A stretch of 64,000 nucleotides of DNA from Chara braunii (taxonomy: Eukaryota > Plantae > Charophyceae): assembly GCA_003427395.1 (NCBI GenBank), contig BFEA01000020.1, forward strand, positions 3,121,986 to 3,185,985. Reading direction: 5' to 3'. The notes below the pieces were generated by a model, which worked only from the letters and a program-made list of their open reading frames with translations, had not been told where the DNA came from and searched no databases. A program made the position numbers and the translations under genes. This document shows positions 14,061 through 26,525 of this stretch, one piece after another. The stretch's first letter is position 1. Every line of letters starts with the position of its first letter.

Positions 14061-17000
14061 GCTTAATGAGTGAACGCCCTTAAAAACGGTTAACTTCTTG
14101 GAGGAAAAAAAAGAAGAAAAAAAAGTGTAATCTTTGGCGAAGCCTTAGGGAAGGTTAATGAGTCAACGCTCTTAAAAACGATTAAGTTCCCCAATAAAAC
14201 AAATAAGAAAAAAAAGTGTGATCTTCGGCAAAGCCTCAAGGAAGTTAATACGTGAACGCTCCTAAAAACGGTGAAGTTCCAAGAAAAAAGGTGGAAGGTT
14301 GGTGGGTGGCAGACACCTTAAAAACGGCGAAGTTCCCAAANNNNNNNNNNNNNNNNNNNNNNNNNNNAAAAAAAAAAAAAAAAAAAAAAAAGTGTAATCT
14401 TCGGCGAAGCCGTGAGGAGGGTTGGTGAGTGGCATACCTTATAAAAACGGATAACTTCCCGAAGAAGAAAAAAAAGAAAAATAAGTGTAATCTTCGGCGA
14501 AGCCGTGAGGAGGGTTAGTAGGTGGGAGACTCCACAAAAACCGCTAAGTTCCCGTAGCAGAAAAAAAAAAAAAAAAAGTGTAAATTTCGGCGAAGCCCTC
14601 GGGAGGGCTGATGGGTGGGCGACCCCCTGAAAACGGCTGAATTCCCGAGGAAAAAAAAAAAAAAAAAAGTGTAATCTTCGGCGAAGCCCTTGGGAGGGTT
14701 AGTGGATGAGAGACCTAAAAAAACACAGCTAAGTTCTCGAGAAAGAAAAAGAAGAAAAATAAGTGTGTTCTTCGACGAAACCCTAGGAGGGTTTGCGAAT
14801 GGGAGACCCCCTAAAAAACGGCTAAGTTTCCAAAGAAGAAAAAAAAGAAAAATAAGCGTAAACTTCTACGAAGCCTTGGGGAGGGTTGGTAGATGGGAGA
14901 CCCCCAAAAAACGGCTAAGTTCCCAAAGAAGAAAAAAAAGAAAAAGAAGTGTAATCTTCGGCGAAGTCCTGAGAGGGTTGGTGGGTGGCAGACCTCATAA
15001 AAACAACCAAGTTCCAGAAGAATAAAAACGAAAAAAAATTAGTGTAACCTTCAGCGAAGCCTTCGGGCGGGTTGGTGGGTGGGGGACCTCCTAAAAACGG
15101 CTATGTTCCCGAGGACGAAAAGGAGGAAAAATAAGTGTTATCTTCGGCGAAGCCCTATGAGCGTTGGTGGGTGGCAGACCCCCTGAAAATGGCTAAGTTC
15201 CCAAAGAAAAAAAAAAAGAAAAATAAGTGCAATCTTCGGCAAAGCCGTGGGGAGGGTTGGTGGGTGGCAGACCCCCTAAAACGGCTAAATTCCCGAAGAA
15301 GAAAAAAAAAGAAAAATAAGTGCAATCTTCGGTGAACCCGTGAGGAGGGTTAGTTGGTGGGAGACCCACAAAAACAACTTCCTGTAGAAGGAAAAAACAA
15401 AAATAAGTATAATCTTCAGCGAAGCCCTCGGGAGGGCTGATGGGTAGGAGACCCCTTGAAAACGGCAAAAATTCCCGAGGAAGAAAAATACGAAAAATAA
15501 GTATAATCTTCGGCGAAGCCCTCGGGAGGGTTAGTGGGTGAGAGACCTAAAAAACACGGCTAAGTTTTCGAAGAAGAAAAAGAAGAAAGAAAAGTGTATT
15601 CTTCGGCGAAACCCTGGGGAGGGTTGAAGGGTGGCAGACCACCTAAAAAACGGCTAAGTTCCCAAAGAAGAAAAAGAAGAAAAATAAGTGTAAACTTCGA
15701 CGAAGCCTTTGAGAGGGCAGGTAGATGGGAGGCCCCGCAAAAACGGCTAAGTTTCTAAAGAAGAAAAATAAGAAAAAGAAGTGTAATATTCGGCAAAGCC
15801 CTGGGGAGGGTTGGTGGGTGGCAGACCCCCTAAAAATGAACGAGTTCCAGAAGAATAAAAAGAAAAAAAATAAGTGTAATCTTCAGCGAAGCTTTGGGGA
15901 GGGTTGGTGGGTGGGAGACCCCCTAAGAACGACTAAGTTCTCGAGGAAAAAAAAGAAGAAAAATAAGTGTAATCTTCGGCGAAGCCCTGGGAGCGTTGGT
16001 GGGTGGCAGACCCCCTGAAAATGGTCAATTTCCCAAAGAAAAAAAAGAAGAAAAATAAGTGTAATCTTCGGCGAAGCCGTGGGGAGGGTTGGTGGGTAGC
16101 AGACCTCATAAAAACGGCTAACTTCCCGAAGAAAAAGAAAAAAAAAAAAAAGTGTAATCTTCGGCGAAGCCGTGAAAAGGGTTAATTCGTGGGAGACCCC
16201 TAAAAAACGACCAAGTTCCAGTAGAAGAAAAAAAAAAAAAAAAGTGTAATCTTCAGCGAAGCCTTCGGGAGGGCTGATGAGAGAAAGACCCCTTAAAAAC
16301 GACTAAAATTCCCGAGGGAAAAAAAAAAAAAAAAAAAGTGTAATCTTCGGCGAAGCCCTCGGAAGGGTTAGTGGGTGAGAGACCTAAAAAACACGGCTAA
16401 GTTCCCGAAGAAGAAAAATAAGTGTATTATTCGGCGAAACCCTGGGAGGGTTGGCGGGTGGCAAACCTCCTAAAAACGGTTAAGTTTCCAAAGAAGAAAA
16501 AGAAGAAAAATAAGTGTAAACTTCGGCGAAACCTTGGGGAGGGTTGGTAGGTGGGAACCCTCCAAAAAACGGTTAAGTTCCCAAAGAAGAAAAAAATGAA
16601 AAAGAAGTGTAATCTTCGGCGAAGCCCTGGGAGGGTCATTGGGTGACAGACCCCCTAAAAACGACAAAGTTCCAGAAGAATAAAAATAAGAAAAATAAGT
16701 TCAATCTTCAACGAAGCCTTTGGGAGGGTTGGTGCATGGAAAATCTTCTAAGAACGGCTAAGTTCCCGAGAAAGAAAAGGAAGAAAAGTAACTGTAATCT
16801 CGGCGAAGATCTGCGAGCGTTGGTTGGTGGCAGGCCCCGCAAAAACGACCAAGTTTTCGAAGAAGAAAAAAAAGAAAAATAAGTGTAATTTTTGGGCAAG
16901 TCGTGGGGAGATTGAGGGTTGGCAGACCCCCTAAGAATTGCTAAGTTCCCGAAGAAGGAAAAAAAAAAAAAAGTGTAATCTTCGGCGAAGCCCTGGAAGA

Positions 17001-20000
17001 TTGTTAGCAAACCCCCTAAGAACTGCTAAGTTCCCGAAAAAAAAAAAAAAAAAAAAAAGTATAATCTTCGGCGAAACCCTGGGAGGGTTGATGGATGAGA
17101 GACTCCCTAAAAACGGCTAAGTTTCTGAAGAAGAAAAAGAAGAAAAATAAATGTAATCTTTGTCGAAGCCCTGGAAGGGTTGGTGAGTGGCACACCCCCT
17201 AAAAACGGCTAAGTTCCCAAAGAAGAAAAAGAAGTAAAAGAAGTGCAACGGCTAAGTTTCCGAAGAAGAAAAAAAAGAAAAAGAAGTGTAATCTTTGGCG
17301 AAGCCTTGGGAGGGTTGATGGATGGGAGACCCCATAAGAACGGCTAAGTTTCCGAGGAAAATAAGTGTGAATTTCGACGAAGCCTCAAGGAAGTTAATAA
17401 GTGACCTAGTTCTTAAAAAAAGAAGAAAAAAAAGTGTAATCTTCGGCGAAGTCCTAGGGAAATGTGATGACTGAGCCCCCTAAAATTAACCAAGTCTCCG
17501 AAGAAGAAAGAGAAGAAAAATAAGTGTAATCTTTGGCGAAGCCCTGCGGAGGGTTGGTAGGTGGCAGGCCCCCTAAGAACAAATGAGTTCCCGAAGAAGA
17601 AAAAATAAAAATTGTAATCTTTTACGAAGCCCAAGAGGGTTGTTAGGTGGAAACCCCCTCAGAACTGCTAAGTTACCCAAGAAAAAAAAAAAACCCAACA
17701 ACAAGTGTAATCTTCGGTAAAGTCCTGGAGGCTTGGTGGGAGAAAATAAGTGTAATCTTTAGCGAAGCCTTCGAGAGGGCTGATGGGTGGGAAAACCCCT
17801 GAAACCGGCTAAATTCCTGAGGAAGAAAAACAAAAAAAATAAGTGTCATCTTCGGCGAAGCCCTCGGGAGGGTTAGTGGGTGGGAGACCTAAAAAACACG
17901 GTTAAGTTATCAAGTAAGAAAAAGAAGTGTATTCTTCGGCGAAACCCTGGGAAGGGTTGACAAGTGGCAAATCCCCTAAAAACGACTAAGTTCCCAAAGA
18001 AGAAAAAGAAGAAAAATAAATGTAAACTTCGGCGAAGCCGTGGGGAGGGTTGGTGGGTGGCAGACCCCCTAAAAATGGTTAACTTCCCGGAAAAAAAAAA
18101 AAAAAAAAAGTGTAATCTTCGGCGAAGCCCTCAGGAGGCCTGATGGGCGGGAGATCCACTGAAAGCGGCTAAATTCCCGAGGAAGAAAAATAAGAAAAAT
18201 AAGTGTAATCTTTGCCGAAGCCCTCGGGAGGGTTAGTGGGTAGGAGACCTAAAAAACACGGTTAAGTTCTCGAAGAATAAAAAGAAGTGTATTCTTCGGC
18301 GAAACCTTGGGGAGGGTTGGCGGGTGGTAGACCCTCTAAAAACGGCTAAATTCCCAAAAAAGAAAAAAAAAAAAAAAAATTGTAAACTTCGACGAAGCCT
18401 GGGAAGATTTGGTACGTGGGAGACCTAAAAAAAATGGTTAAGTTTTCAAAAAAAAAAAAAAAAAAAGGGTAATCTTCGGCGAAGCCCTGGGAGGGTTGGT
18501 GGGCGGCAGACCCCCTAAAAACGGCCAAGTTTCAGAAGAATACAAATAAGAAAAATAAGTGTAATCTTCGGCGAAGCCTTGGGGAGGGTTGGTGGGTTGG
18601 AGACCCCCTAAGAACGACTATGTTCCCGAGGAAGAAAAAAAAGAAAAATAAGTGTAATCTTCGGCGAAACCCTGGGGAGCGTTGGTGGGTGGCAGATCCC
18701 ATAAAAAAGACTAAGTTCCGGAAGAAGAAAAAAAAAAAAAATAAGTGTAATCTTCGGCGAAGTCCTGGAGGGTTGGTGGATGGGAAACCCCCTAAGAACG
18801 ACTAAGTTCCCGTAGAAGAAAAAAAAGAAAATAAGTGTAATCTTTAGCGAAACCCTTGAGAGGGATGATGGGTGGGAGACCCTCTGAAAACGGCGAAATT
18901 CCCGAGGAAGAAGAAAAAAAAAAAATAAGTGTAATCTTCGGCGAAGCCCTCGGAAGGGTTAGTGGGTGAGAGATCTGAAAAACACGATTAAGTTCTTGAA
19001 GAAGAAAAAAAAATGTATTCTTCGGCGAAACCGTGGGTAAGGTTGGCGGGTGGCAGACCCCTTAAAAAGGGCTAAGTTCCCAAAGAAGAAAAAGAAGAAA
19101 AAGAAGTGTAAACTTCGGCGAAGCCTGTGGAGGGTTGGTAGGTGGGTGGCTCCCAAAAAACATTTAAGTTCCCCCCCCCCCAAAAAAAAAAAAGAGTAAT
19201 CTTCGGCGAAGCCCTAGGGACGGCTGGTGGGTGGCAGACCCCCTAAAAACGGCCAAGTTCCAAAATAATAAAAATATAAAAAATAAGTGTAATCTTCGGC
19301 GAAGCCTTGGGGAGGGTTGGTGGGTGGGAACCCCCCTAAGAATGGCTAAGTTCCCGAGGAAGAAAAAATAGTGTAATCTTCGGTGAAACCCTGGGGAGTG
19401 TTGGTGGGTTGCAGGCCCCATAAAAACGACTAAGTTCCGGAAGAAGAAAAAAAAGAAAAATAAGTGTAATCTTCGGCGAAGCCGTGAGGAGGTTGGTGGG
19501 TGGCAGACACCCTAAGAATTGTCAAGTTTCCGAAGAAGAAATAAAAAAAAAATGTAATCTTCGGCGAAGCTCTGGGAGGGTTGGCAGGTGGCAAACCCCC
19601 TAAGAACTGCTAAGTTCCCGAAGAAAAAAAAAAAGTAATCTTCGGCGAAGCCCTGGATGGGAGACCCCCCAAGAACGGCTAAGTTCCCGGGGAAGAAAAA
19701 TAATAAAAATAAATGTAATCTTCGGCGAAGCCCTTGGGAGGGTTGGTAGGTGGCAAACCCCCTAAAAATGGTTAAGTTTCCAAAGAAGAAAAAAAAGAAA
19801 AAGAAGTGTAACGACTAAGTTCCCGAAGAAGAAAAAAAAGAAAAAGAAGTGTAATTTTCGGCGATGCCCTGAGGGGGGTAATTTCCGACCGCCTAAGAAT
19901 GGCTAAGTTTCCGAACAAGAAAAAAAAAAATGAATTTTGACGAAGCCTTAAGGAAGTTGATAAGTGAACGGTCCTAAAAAATGTTAAGCTCCCCCCCCCC
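14030..20000 (-). repeat. Second array of the same ~90-bp satellite, inverted (about 65 copies)
   Basis: AAGTGTAATCTTCGGCGAAGCCCTGGGAGGGTTGGTGGGTGGCAGACCCCCTAAAAACGGCTAAGTTCCCG is the reverse complement of the array-1 monomer, closest to the variant at 5850-6330. Confidence 0.96.
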
Positions 20001-20219
20001 CCAAACAAAAAAAACAATAGTAATGCTCGGAGTGAGGGTAATATCAATCACCACCAATTCGTCAACGAAGGGACACATCAACAACCCTAGTTCTTAAAGA
20101 GGAAGCACACTTCATTGACAAAAGACGAACCTTTTAAAACCTTCATCAAAGAAAAAATCAAACTCTTTAGCGAATTCACTAAAAATTCATTGCAACTTTC
20201 ACTAGATGATTCCCCGAAG

Positions 20220-20406
20220 CTGAGTAGCACGGCATACACGTATGTGGGCTCCGCATACGTGCATACGCGTATGCACGTATGCGCATACGTATGCGCGCGT
20301 AAGCAAATTTAGGGCCCGCGTACGTGGTCACAGCGGGCCTTTTCCCGGGTTTATCTTGGCCCGGTAGGGGTTAGGGGGGTGGGCGTCGGGATTGGTTGGT
20401 GTGTGT

Positions 20407-20447
<41 letters not shown>

Positions 20448-20647
20448 NNNNNNNNNNNNNNNNNNNNNNNNNNNNNNNNNNNNNNNNNNNNNNNNNNNNN
20501 NNNNNNNNNNNNNNNNNNNNNNNNNNNNNNNNNNNNNNNNNNNNNNNNNNNNNNNNNNNNNNNNNNNNNNNNNNNNNNNNNNNNNNNNNNNNNNNNNNNN
20601 NNNNNNNNNNNNNNNNNNNNNNNNNNNNNNNNNNNNNNNNNNNNNNN

Positions 20648-20691
<44 letters not shown>

Positions 20692-21545
20692 AACCGTGTG
20701 CTGACACTATCAGACCGAAGAAACCGCCCTTATCAACGGGCAACGTGAATCCGGAAGCGGGGCGACATGCACAAAGGACGAAAAATATGGTGGTGTATCT
20801 TTCCATGTTCTGGCGGAAGATTCATTCATATGTTGGGTGGTGGAGAGCGAAGGACCGATGAATCAAGTAAGCACGTAACGTATCTCTGGAACCTTTTTTT
20901 TTTTTTTTGAGAATCTTTGAACAAATGAGACTGAATCCTCCGCTTGAACATGGAAAGATACATTGCCATATATGAGGGGAGGTCGTGACTGTCAGTTCCG
21001 TCGTAGTAATAAGAAGAGAACGTTTTGAGAGATCGCGACCCTCATCATGACTGAATCTGGCCTACAAAAACCCTACCATACAGTCTGATACAAACTGCTA
21101 TTACCGTTGAGGTTATGACAGGTTGGATGCGCCGGGCGACACTCGTGGAAAAAAATTCTGATTTTCTTCTGCAATTTTTTCTTTTTATTAAAAAAAAAGA
21201 AATCCAGGAAAAATGGTTATTAATTCCGTCGTAGTAATAAGAAAAGAATGTTTCGAGAGATCGCGACCCTCATCATGACTGAATCTGGCCTACAACAACC
21301 CTACCATACAGACTGCAATACACACAGAGTGTTACATGGACTCCAGGTTACTAATAGCTTTCACGCCAACCCTACCATATGTGACGAAATACTAACTGTA
21401 TATATTATATATACGTTATATATATATGTAAAAAAAAAAAAAAAAAAAAAAAAAACACGTACGTGTATGCTGGTTTTTGGGCACGTACGCATACACGCAC
21501 ATACGTACGCGTATGCACCGCATACGCGTACGTGGTGCTACCCAG
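20220..21545. mobile_element. Non-autonomous TIR element (MITE-like, 8-bp TSD as in hAT-type elements)
   Basis: TSD CCCCGAAG at 20212-20219 and 21546-21553; TIRs CTGAGTAGCAC / GTGCTACCCAG (10/11); subterminal CATACG/CGTATG motif clusters at both ends; internal ~95-bp direct repeat (20995-21088 vs 21224-21315); no transposase. Confidence 0.88.
20399..20687 (+). repeat. (GT)n and (GA)n microsatellites flanking a gap
   Basis: Direct observation. Confidence 0.95.
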
Positions 21546-21579
21546 CCCCGAAGATTTTCGGGGCCATTAACCGCGAGTG

Positions 21580-22550
21580 GGATACCAGGGAACAATAATA
21601 AAGCAGATGGGCTGAGCAGGATAAATTGGGACAGGACGAAAGGCCATGTGCATGAAGGATCGTCGCCAGTAGATGACTTCCTGGATAAGGAAGAGGACGT
21701 GATGGTCCATATCAATGCATGGTCTGCATCAGTGGAGGAAATGGTAACACCTATGTGGATTACCCCTCAAGGGTATGAACGAAGAGAGGACATAGTCCTC
21801 AAACCGTTCGTAGAAGAGGATCCCTGGGGTGAGCAAGGGGTGGAATGGATGATGGAGTTGGCTCTCGTTGGGACTCAAACGTTGTGTGAAGAGCCATCCA
21901 TAATTGAAGACGGACTACTCCAGGCAGAAAGACACAAAAGATTGATCGGGGGAATGTATGTCCTGGTGAATACCCTAGTCCAAGATGAGGCCGCAATAAT
22001 AGATGCTTAGGAGTGTGAGAAAGAGAAGGGAGGAGACCAAGAGGAGGATGAGGAATTTGAGGAAGAGGAGATAAAGGAGGCATTCCAAGAATATGAGTAT
22101 GAAGGGATATACCTAAACCTAGAGTTGCTCCTTTCATGCGAAATAAGGAAGACAGAGGCAAGTCAGAGGGCTCTCAAGATGCGTCCGCATTTTCTGGTAA
22201 GGGACGACCATCTATTTATGTGAGGAAGAGGAGGTGAGCCCAGAAGGGTGATCTGTGGCCGTAACAGAAAAATTGATGTTATTGCTGCGCTACATGATGG
22301 AAGCGCAGGTGGCCATAAAAGTAAAAATGTCACCTTTGGATAAATATATGGACTTTATTTTTGAGAAGGAATGAGAGAAATGATTCGTATGTATTATGAA
22401 TCTTGTGTACAGTGTTAGGAAAGATCGTTTGTCAGGTATAAAGAACCACTTCACCCAAGATATGTACGAGAGGTTGGGGATGTGATTCATCTCAATCTGT
22501 TAATGATGCCATTGGGGGTAGGAGGATATAACTGTATCTTCGATGCACGG
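21580..22550 (+). pseudogene. pol: Gypsy pol fragment: RNase H C-terminus, linker, integrase H2C2 zinc-binding domain, start of catalytic core
   Basis: IPGNNNKADGLSR (RNase H end); ALHDGSAGGH...ESCVQC (HHCC); PLHP...GDVIHLNLLMMPLGVGGYNCIFDAR; several in-frame stops. Confidence 0.9.
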
Positions 22551-23758
22551 TGTAGAGCGCATCGACCCTCGCTTAAAAACGAGGGCCCTCCCGGCCATGT
22601 CACGCAGGAGTTTACCTACAACAGAACTTCAAAAGAAAACTCGGGAACGACGCATAACTTTCCGCGAGCCGCCGAGATGGACGAGGTTGCATCGCTCCTT
22701 CGCCGCTCTAACTGGGTGCGCCAACTGTACTTCCCACGGTCCCCTACGACAGGACAGGTTCCCACGGGGCATAAGCTTGCATCCCTAAGGGGCTGTCACC
22801 ACCCTTAGGGCGTATCCCTACCGAACTACTGATTCACGTGCGAAGGCTTTTAAATGCAATCGCAGAGGTAGATCAGCCGAGGGCTTTTGCTCGTCTCGCT
22901 GCAGTATAGGAATTGTTTCACTAAACGCCGAATGAACCCGAGCGTCGTTCGTTCCATGGGGCGCTGATCTCCCAAGACGAAGCGTACGCCGGTCAACTAG
23001 GACAGTCTCAACCAAGCGTGAAAACGATCCTTGGTCCCTAGCAATCAAACAACAAGAATCTCCATGCCTTAAAACAAAATCACACAATCCAAATCATTGG
23101 CTTGATGAGCTGGTCTGCCAAAGTGTCCCTTTTCAACCTGTATGACTGAAATAACTCTTATACTGTCACTCAATGATTTTTAATTGAAGACATAAATTAA
23201 GACAGACCCTACAATCATGACAGTTGAAGTTTGTCATAAATAATTTCTGCAAGTAAATACCACTGGTACCATGCAGATCAACAAGTGATTTGGTTCTTGA
23301 TCAATGTTTGAACTCTCGGTTCGACCACGTTTCCGTACCATAAGCAACTACTTGGAGGAGCGAGTGACAACTTTGTTGGTCGCTTTGTCCTCCTGGACAA
23401 TAATTACTCTTTTTGTTTCATGAATGATGGAGTATCCCTCTTCAATGCCAAGTTGCTTAAAACGAAAGGTTCTGTCTTCTGTTGCTTTGTCATCGTCATT
23501 ACACATGACATATTTTTCAACGTTCGTTTTTTATTCAACTTATTTTTATGCGAACGATTACCCCTCAATACATACGCATGATAGTGAAATCATCGGGCTA
23601 ATCCGAATACTATCCATCCGGTGGTCCTACCTACATAAAGTGTTTTGTCTTTGTTTTTAGATTACCTCGTGAAACCATAAATTATATGGTTTCCTCAACG
23701 GGACTGAGTCCATGCGAGGTGTTTTATGAAATCTGAGTAAAATTTCAGAAGACAATGT

Positions 23759-24295
23759 CTAATCCTGGTAGATCTGTCGCCCGTTGCGTACCTGTGCCTC
23801 CAACGAATCCAGACGCGTCAGCTCGTCGTCGTCGCAAATCAGAGTAGACATTCGTCCACATCGCATGACTCTAATAATCCGAGTATTATAGAAGGAGGTC
23901 ATCCGAGAGGTTAGTCTCCAAACTATAACTCAGAGAGGTGGACTAAGTCGAGTCTCTATCCCGGATCCGGACGACGCCGAAACGTCTACCGGACGAGGTA
24001 ATCTTGATACTCACAATGACTCGAGAGAGACATTGGAGATACTCACGCGGTGGAAATACAACGTATAACCGTAAAGCTTGTTGGAAGTTCGAGCCGTGTT
24101 GACTCTGAAATCCTCGCGAGTGTTAGGGAAAAATCCCTCGTCATTTCGAAGCAATCCAATGAAGCCGATCAATACGGTAGGAATACCATCTCGAACTCGT
24201 AAAAGTCGCTCTGCACTCCTGATAAGATCCTCCTCGGGCGTATCGCGAACCAACAGGTACCTTGGGATTGTCAAATCTCTTCGAGCTCCAGGCAT
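23759..24295 (-). pseudogene. Second orphan ORF in the solo LTR (~178 codons) with two in-frame TGA stops
   Basis: MPGARRDLTIP...SLESL*VSRLP...SPPL*VIVWRLTSR...RQIYQD*; both stops could be CGA>TGA decay; the ATG directly follows CTGACTTTGTTCTAATATGCAG. Confidence 0.5.
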
Positions 24296-24319
24296 CTGCA
24301 TATTAGAACAAAGTCAGAA

Positions 24320-24832
24320 TTAGTCGCGTTGATATTGCTCTGTTTCCTCCGCCTCAGCCTCCAATTCATCATCATATAATGGCTCGATGTCTACGATTGC
24401 GAACCTATTGACTCGTACCCGTTCTGCAAAATATATACCGAAGAAATACCCTTGTCGATCATTTAACCAAAGCACGTACCCAACGAACATCAACCTTATT
24501 TCCGCGGTTTCATCCACCCGTGGGTTGATCTCATATGACTGCAATACCACCAAGTTCATATTGACGAAGTGACGCTCGGGCAATGGCAGCGTGAACTCGT
24601 AATGAAGAACATCCAAGCCGGCCAGTCTCCTGAAAATAAGTTGTTTGGGAGGTCTTTGCGCACTTCCATCCCAAAACTGCGGAACGTCCTCCTCAGAGTA
24701 CAACTCTGACGAATTGTAAACAAGTCGGCCTATCCTCTCTACCCTTTCTCCATTACGCCTCTGGAGTTCGACCCTTTCAGCCGCCGAATCGCGGTCGTAG
24801 AAAAGGAACAAGTCCGAGGATCCCATAGCCAT
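24320..24832 (-). CDS. Intact orphan ORF (170 aa) inside the solo LTR
   Basis: MAMGSSDLFLFYDRD...acidic tail DDELEAEAEETEQYQRD; the ATG directly follows an acceptor-like TCTTTCTTTTTTCTTTCAG; no family recognised. Confidence 0.6.
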   Translation of the reverse strand: MAMGSSDLFLFYDRDSAAERVELQRRNGERVERIGRLVYNSSELYSEEDVPQFWDGSAQRPPKQLIFRRLAGLDVLHYEFTLPLPERHFVNMNLVVLQSYEINPRVDETAEIRLMFVGYVLWLNDRQGYFFGIYFAERVRVNRFAIVDIEPLYDDELEAEAEETEQYQRD

Positions 24833-25122
24833 CTGAAAGAAAAAGAAAGACAAATGTGTTTTAAGTTAACTCTTGCCCAAAGAGTATTATTCGGTTTTTG
24901 TGTTCCTTACAGTCCGTGCTTCTTATGACACGACCACCCACGTCAGGAGTATCTAACTTTACTCCGTTCAACTAGTAGGACATGAGTCATGCTGCTTGTG
25001 ACACCAACTCTCCATACGTCAGTGGTACCTAAGATGACCACTTAAAACAGGGGTGCTAAAGCAGTTTTCTTTTTACGCAAGGCGTCAAGAAATAACTTTG
25101 TTCCGTGTAGATGCCTTTTCCA

Positions 25123-25296
25123 TTACCCTAAGAGGTGGTCTGGGATACTCCTCTTCCTCGCCCGAGTATAAATCTCGAATCTCAGAAGTCGGGCCGTCTC
25201 TACCGAATCGGCATAGTACCCCTTCGCAAAACGGTCCACTATGAGTCGATAACAGGGCCGACCCCTAAGGCAACGAACCCCTGCCCCAGATGCCTC
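25123..25296 (-). CDS. Possible terminal coding exon (57 aa, no own ATG) in the solo LTR
   Basis: Acceptor-like TTGCTTTCCCTTTTTTTTAG, then open frame EASGAGVRCLRGRPCYRLIVDRFAKGYYADSVETARLLRFEIYTRARKRSIPDHLLG*. Confidence 0.3.
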   Translation of the reverse strand, partial: EASGAGVRCLRGRPCYRLIVDRFAKGYYADSVETARLLRFEIYTRARKRSIPDHLLG

Positions 25297-26089
25297 CTAA
25301 AAAAAAGGGAAAGCAACTACACGGCAGACAAGAAGAATCTTGTTGCCTAACGTCAAAAGTAAACTTGGATGAAAAAAAAAGAATTCATAGAAAGATAGAA
25401 TCATTCAGACTGACAGGCATAGACGGGAAAAGGGTCATTCGGGAAAGAATGGGTAACCTAAGGGATAAGTCTAAATACAATTGAACTTTTCTTCCTTGTG
25501 CTCACTTCGTTTCTCGTCATCCTCTTTCTTTTTTATTTATACATAGAACACAAACACAAAGATGAAAAAGTGAACCATTCTTTCACCGTCATCACCCTCA
25601 TCCATTTCAGTCCACATGTCGTACCTGTAGTCAAAACCCAACGACACACAGACCACCATGCATTCCTTTACCATTGTAAGAATCCCAGTCATACACGCAA
25701 GAACACACATCCTCTTCCCTTTTTCAATGAACATTCAGTGAAACAGGTCAAAGCAAGTGAGGGTTCACTCAGGTGTGAAGGGAACTGAGTCAATTTAACC
25801 GACCTTGAGTGACGCTGAAATGAAGATAATAACGGCTCACTCAAGAAAACCGTATAAAATTACGCCCCTTTGTCAAGAGACGGTTGTCTTCCAGTCATCG
25901 ACAAATAATCCACACCACTCCTTTCACCACAACCACCTGTCACAACGCCTCCTCACTATGTTTTCCAATGAGTGTCACTGCCACTGACTTCTACTGTTAC
26001 CGCATCACCATGCCGTCAAAATTCACACCATCTCAATCCTCCACTTCAGCGATACCTTCCCTACACCAAGGTCCGGCTGCCGCTAAATG

Positions 26090-26525
26090 TGGAACTTCTA
26101 CCGCCGGTAACCTTGCGTTGCCGCCGTAGAATTTTCACAGCCCTTCCGCACCACCGCTGGTAAGACCGGAGTCACCGCCGAAAAATTTAGGCATCTCTTT
26201 CGCACCACCGCTGATAAAACCGTAGTCGCCGCCGTAGAAATTTTGCAGCACTTCAGTACCACTGCAGTAAAACTTGTGCCGCCACTGCAGAAATTCGGCA
26301 GCACTTCGGCACCACCGCAGTAAAAACTTGTGCCGCCGCCGCAGAAGTTTTGCAGCACTTCGGTACCACCGCAGTAAAACTTCTGCCGCCGCTGTAGAAA
26401 TTCGGCAACACTTCGGCACCACCGCAGTAAAAACTTGTGCCACCGCCGCAGAAGTTCGGCATCACTTCGGCACCACCGCAGTAAAAACCAGGACTGCCGC
26501 TGTAAAATTCCGGCAGCACTTCCCT
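26090..26525 (+). repeat. ~53-54-bp minisatellite (about 8 copies, two related half-units)
   Basis: CACTTCGGCACCACCGCAGTAAAAACTTGTGCCGCCGCCGCAGAA.TT..GCAG at ~26249, 26303, 26356, 26410, 26463, with more diverged copies upstream. Confidence 0.92.

Noticed and set aside
99-20047. Many K/R-rich and F/L-rich ORFs
   Set aside because: Translations of the ~90-bp satellite; same for the ORFs in 26098-26681 and 38080-40930.
21546-21580. Helitron 3' end (hairpin CCCCGAA...TTCGGGG)
   Set aside because: No CTRR terminus follows.
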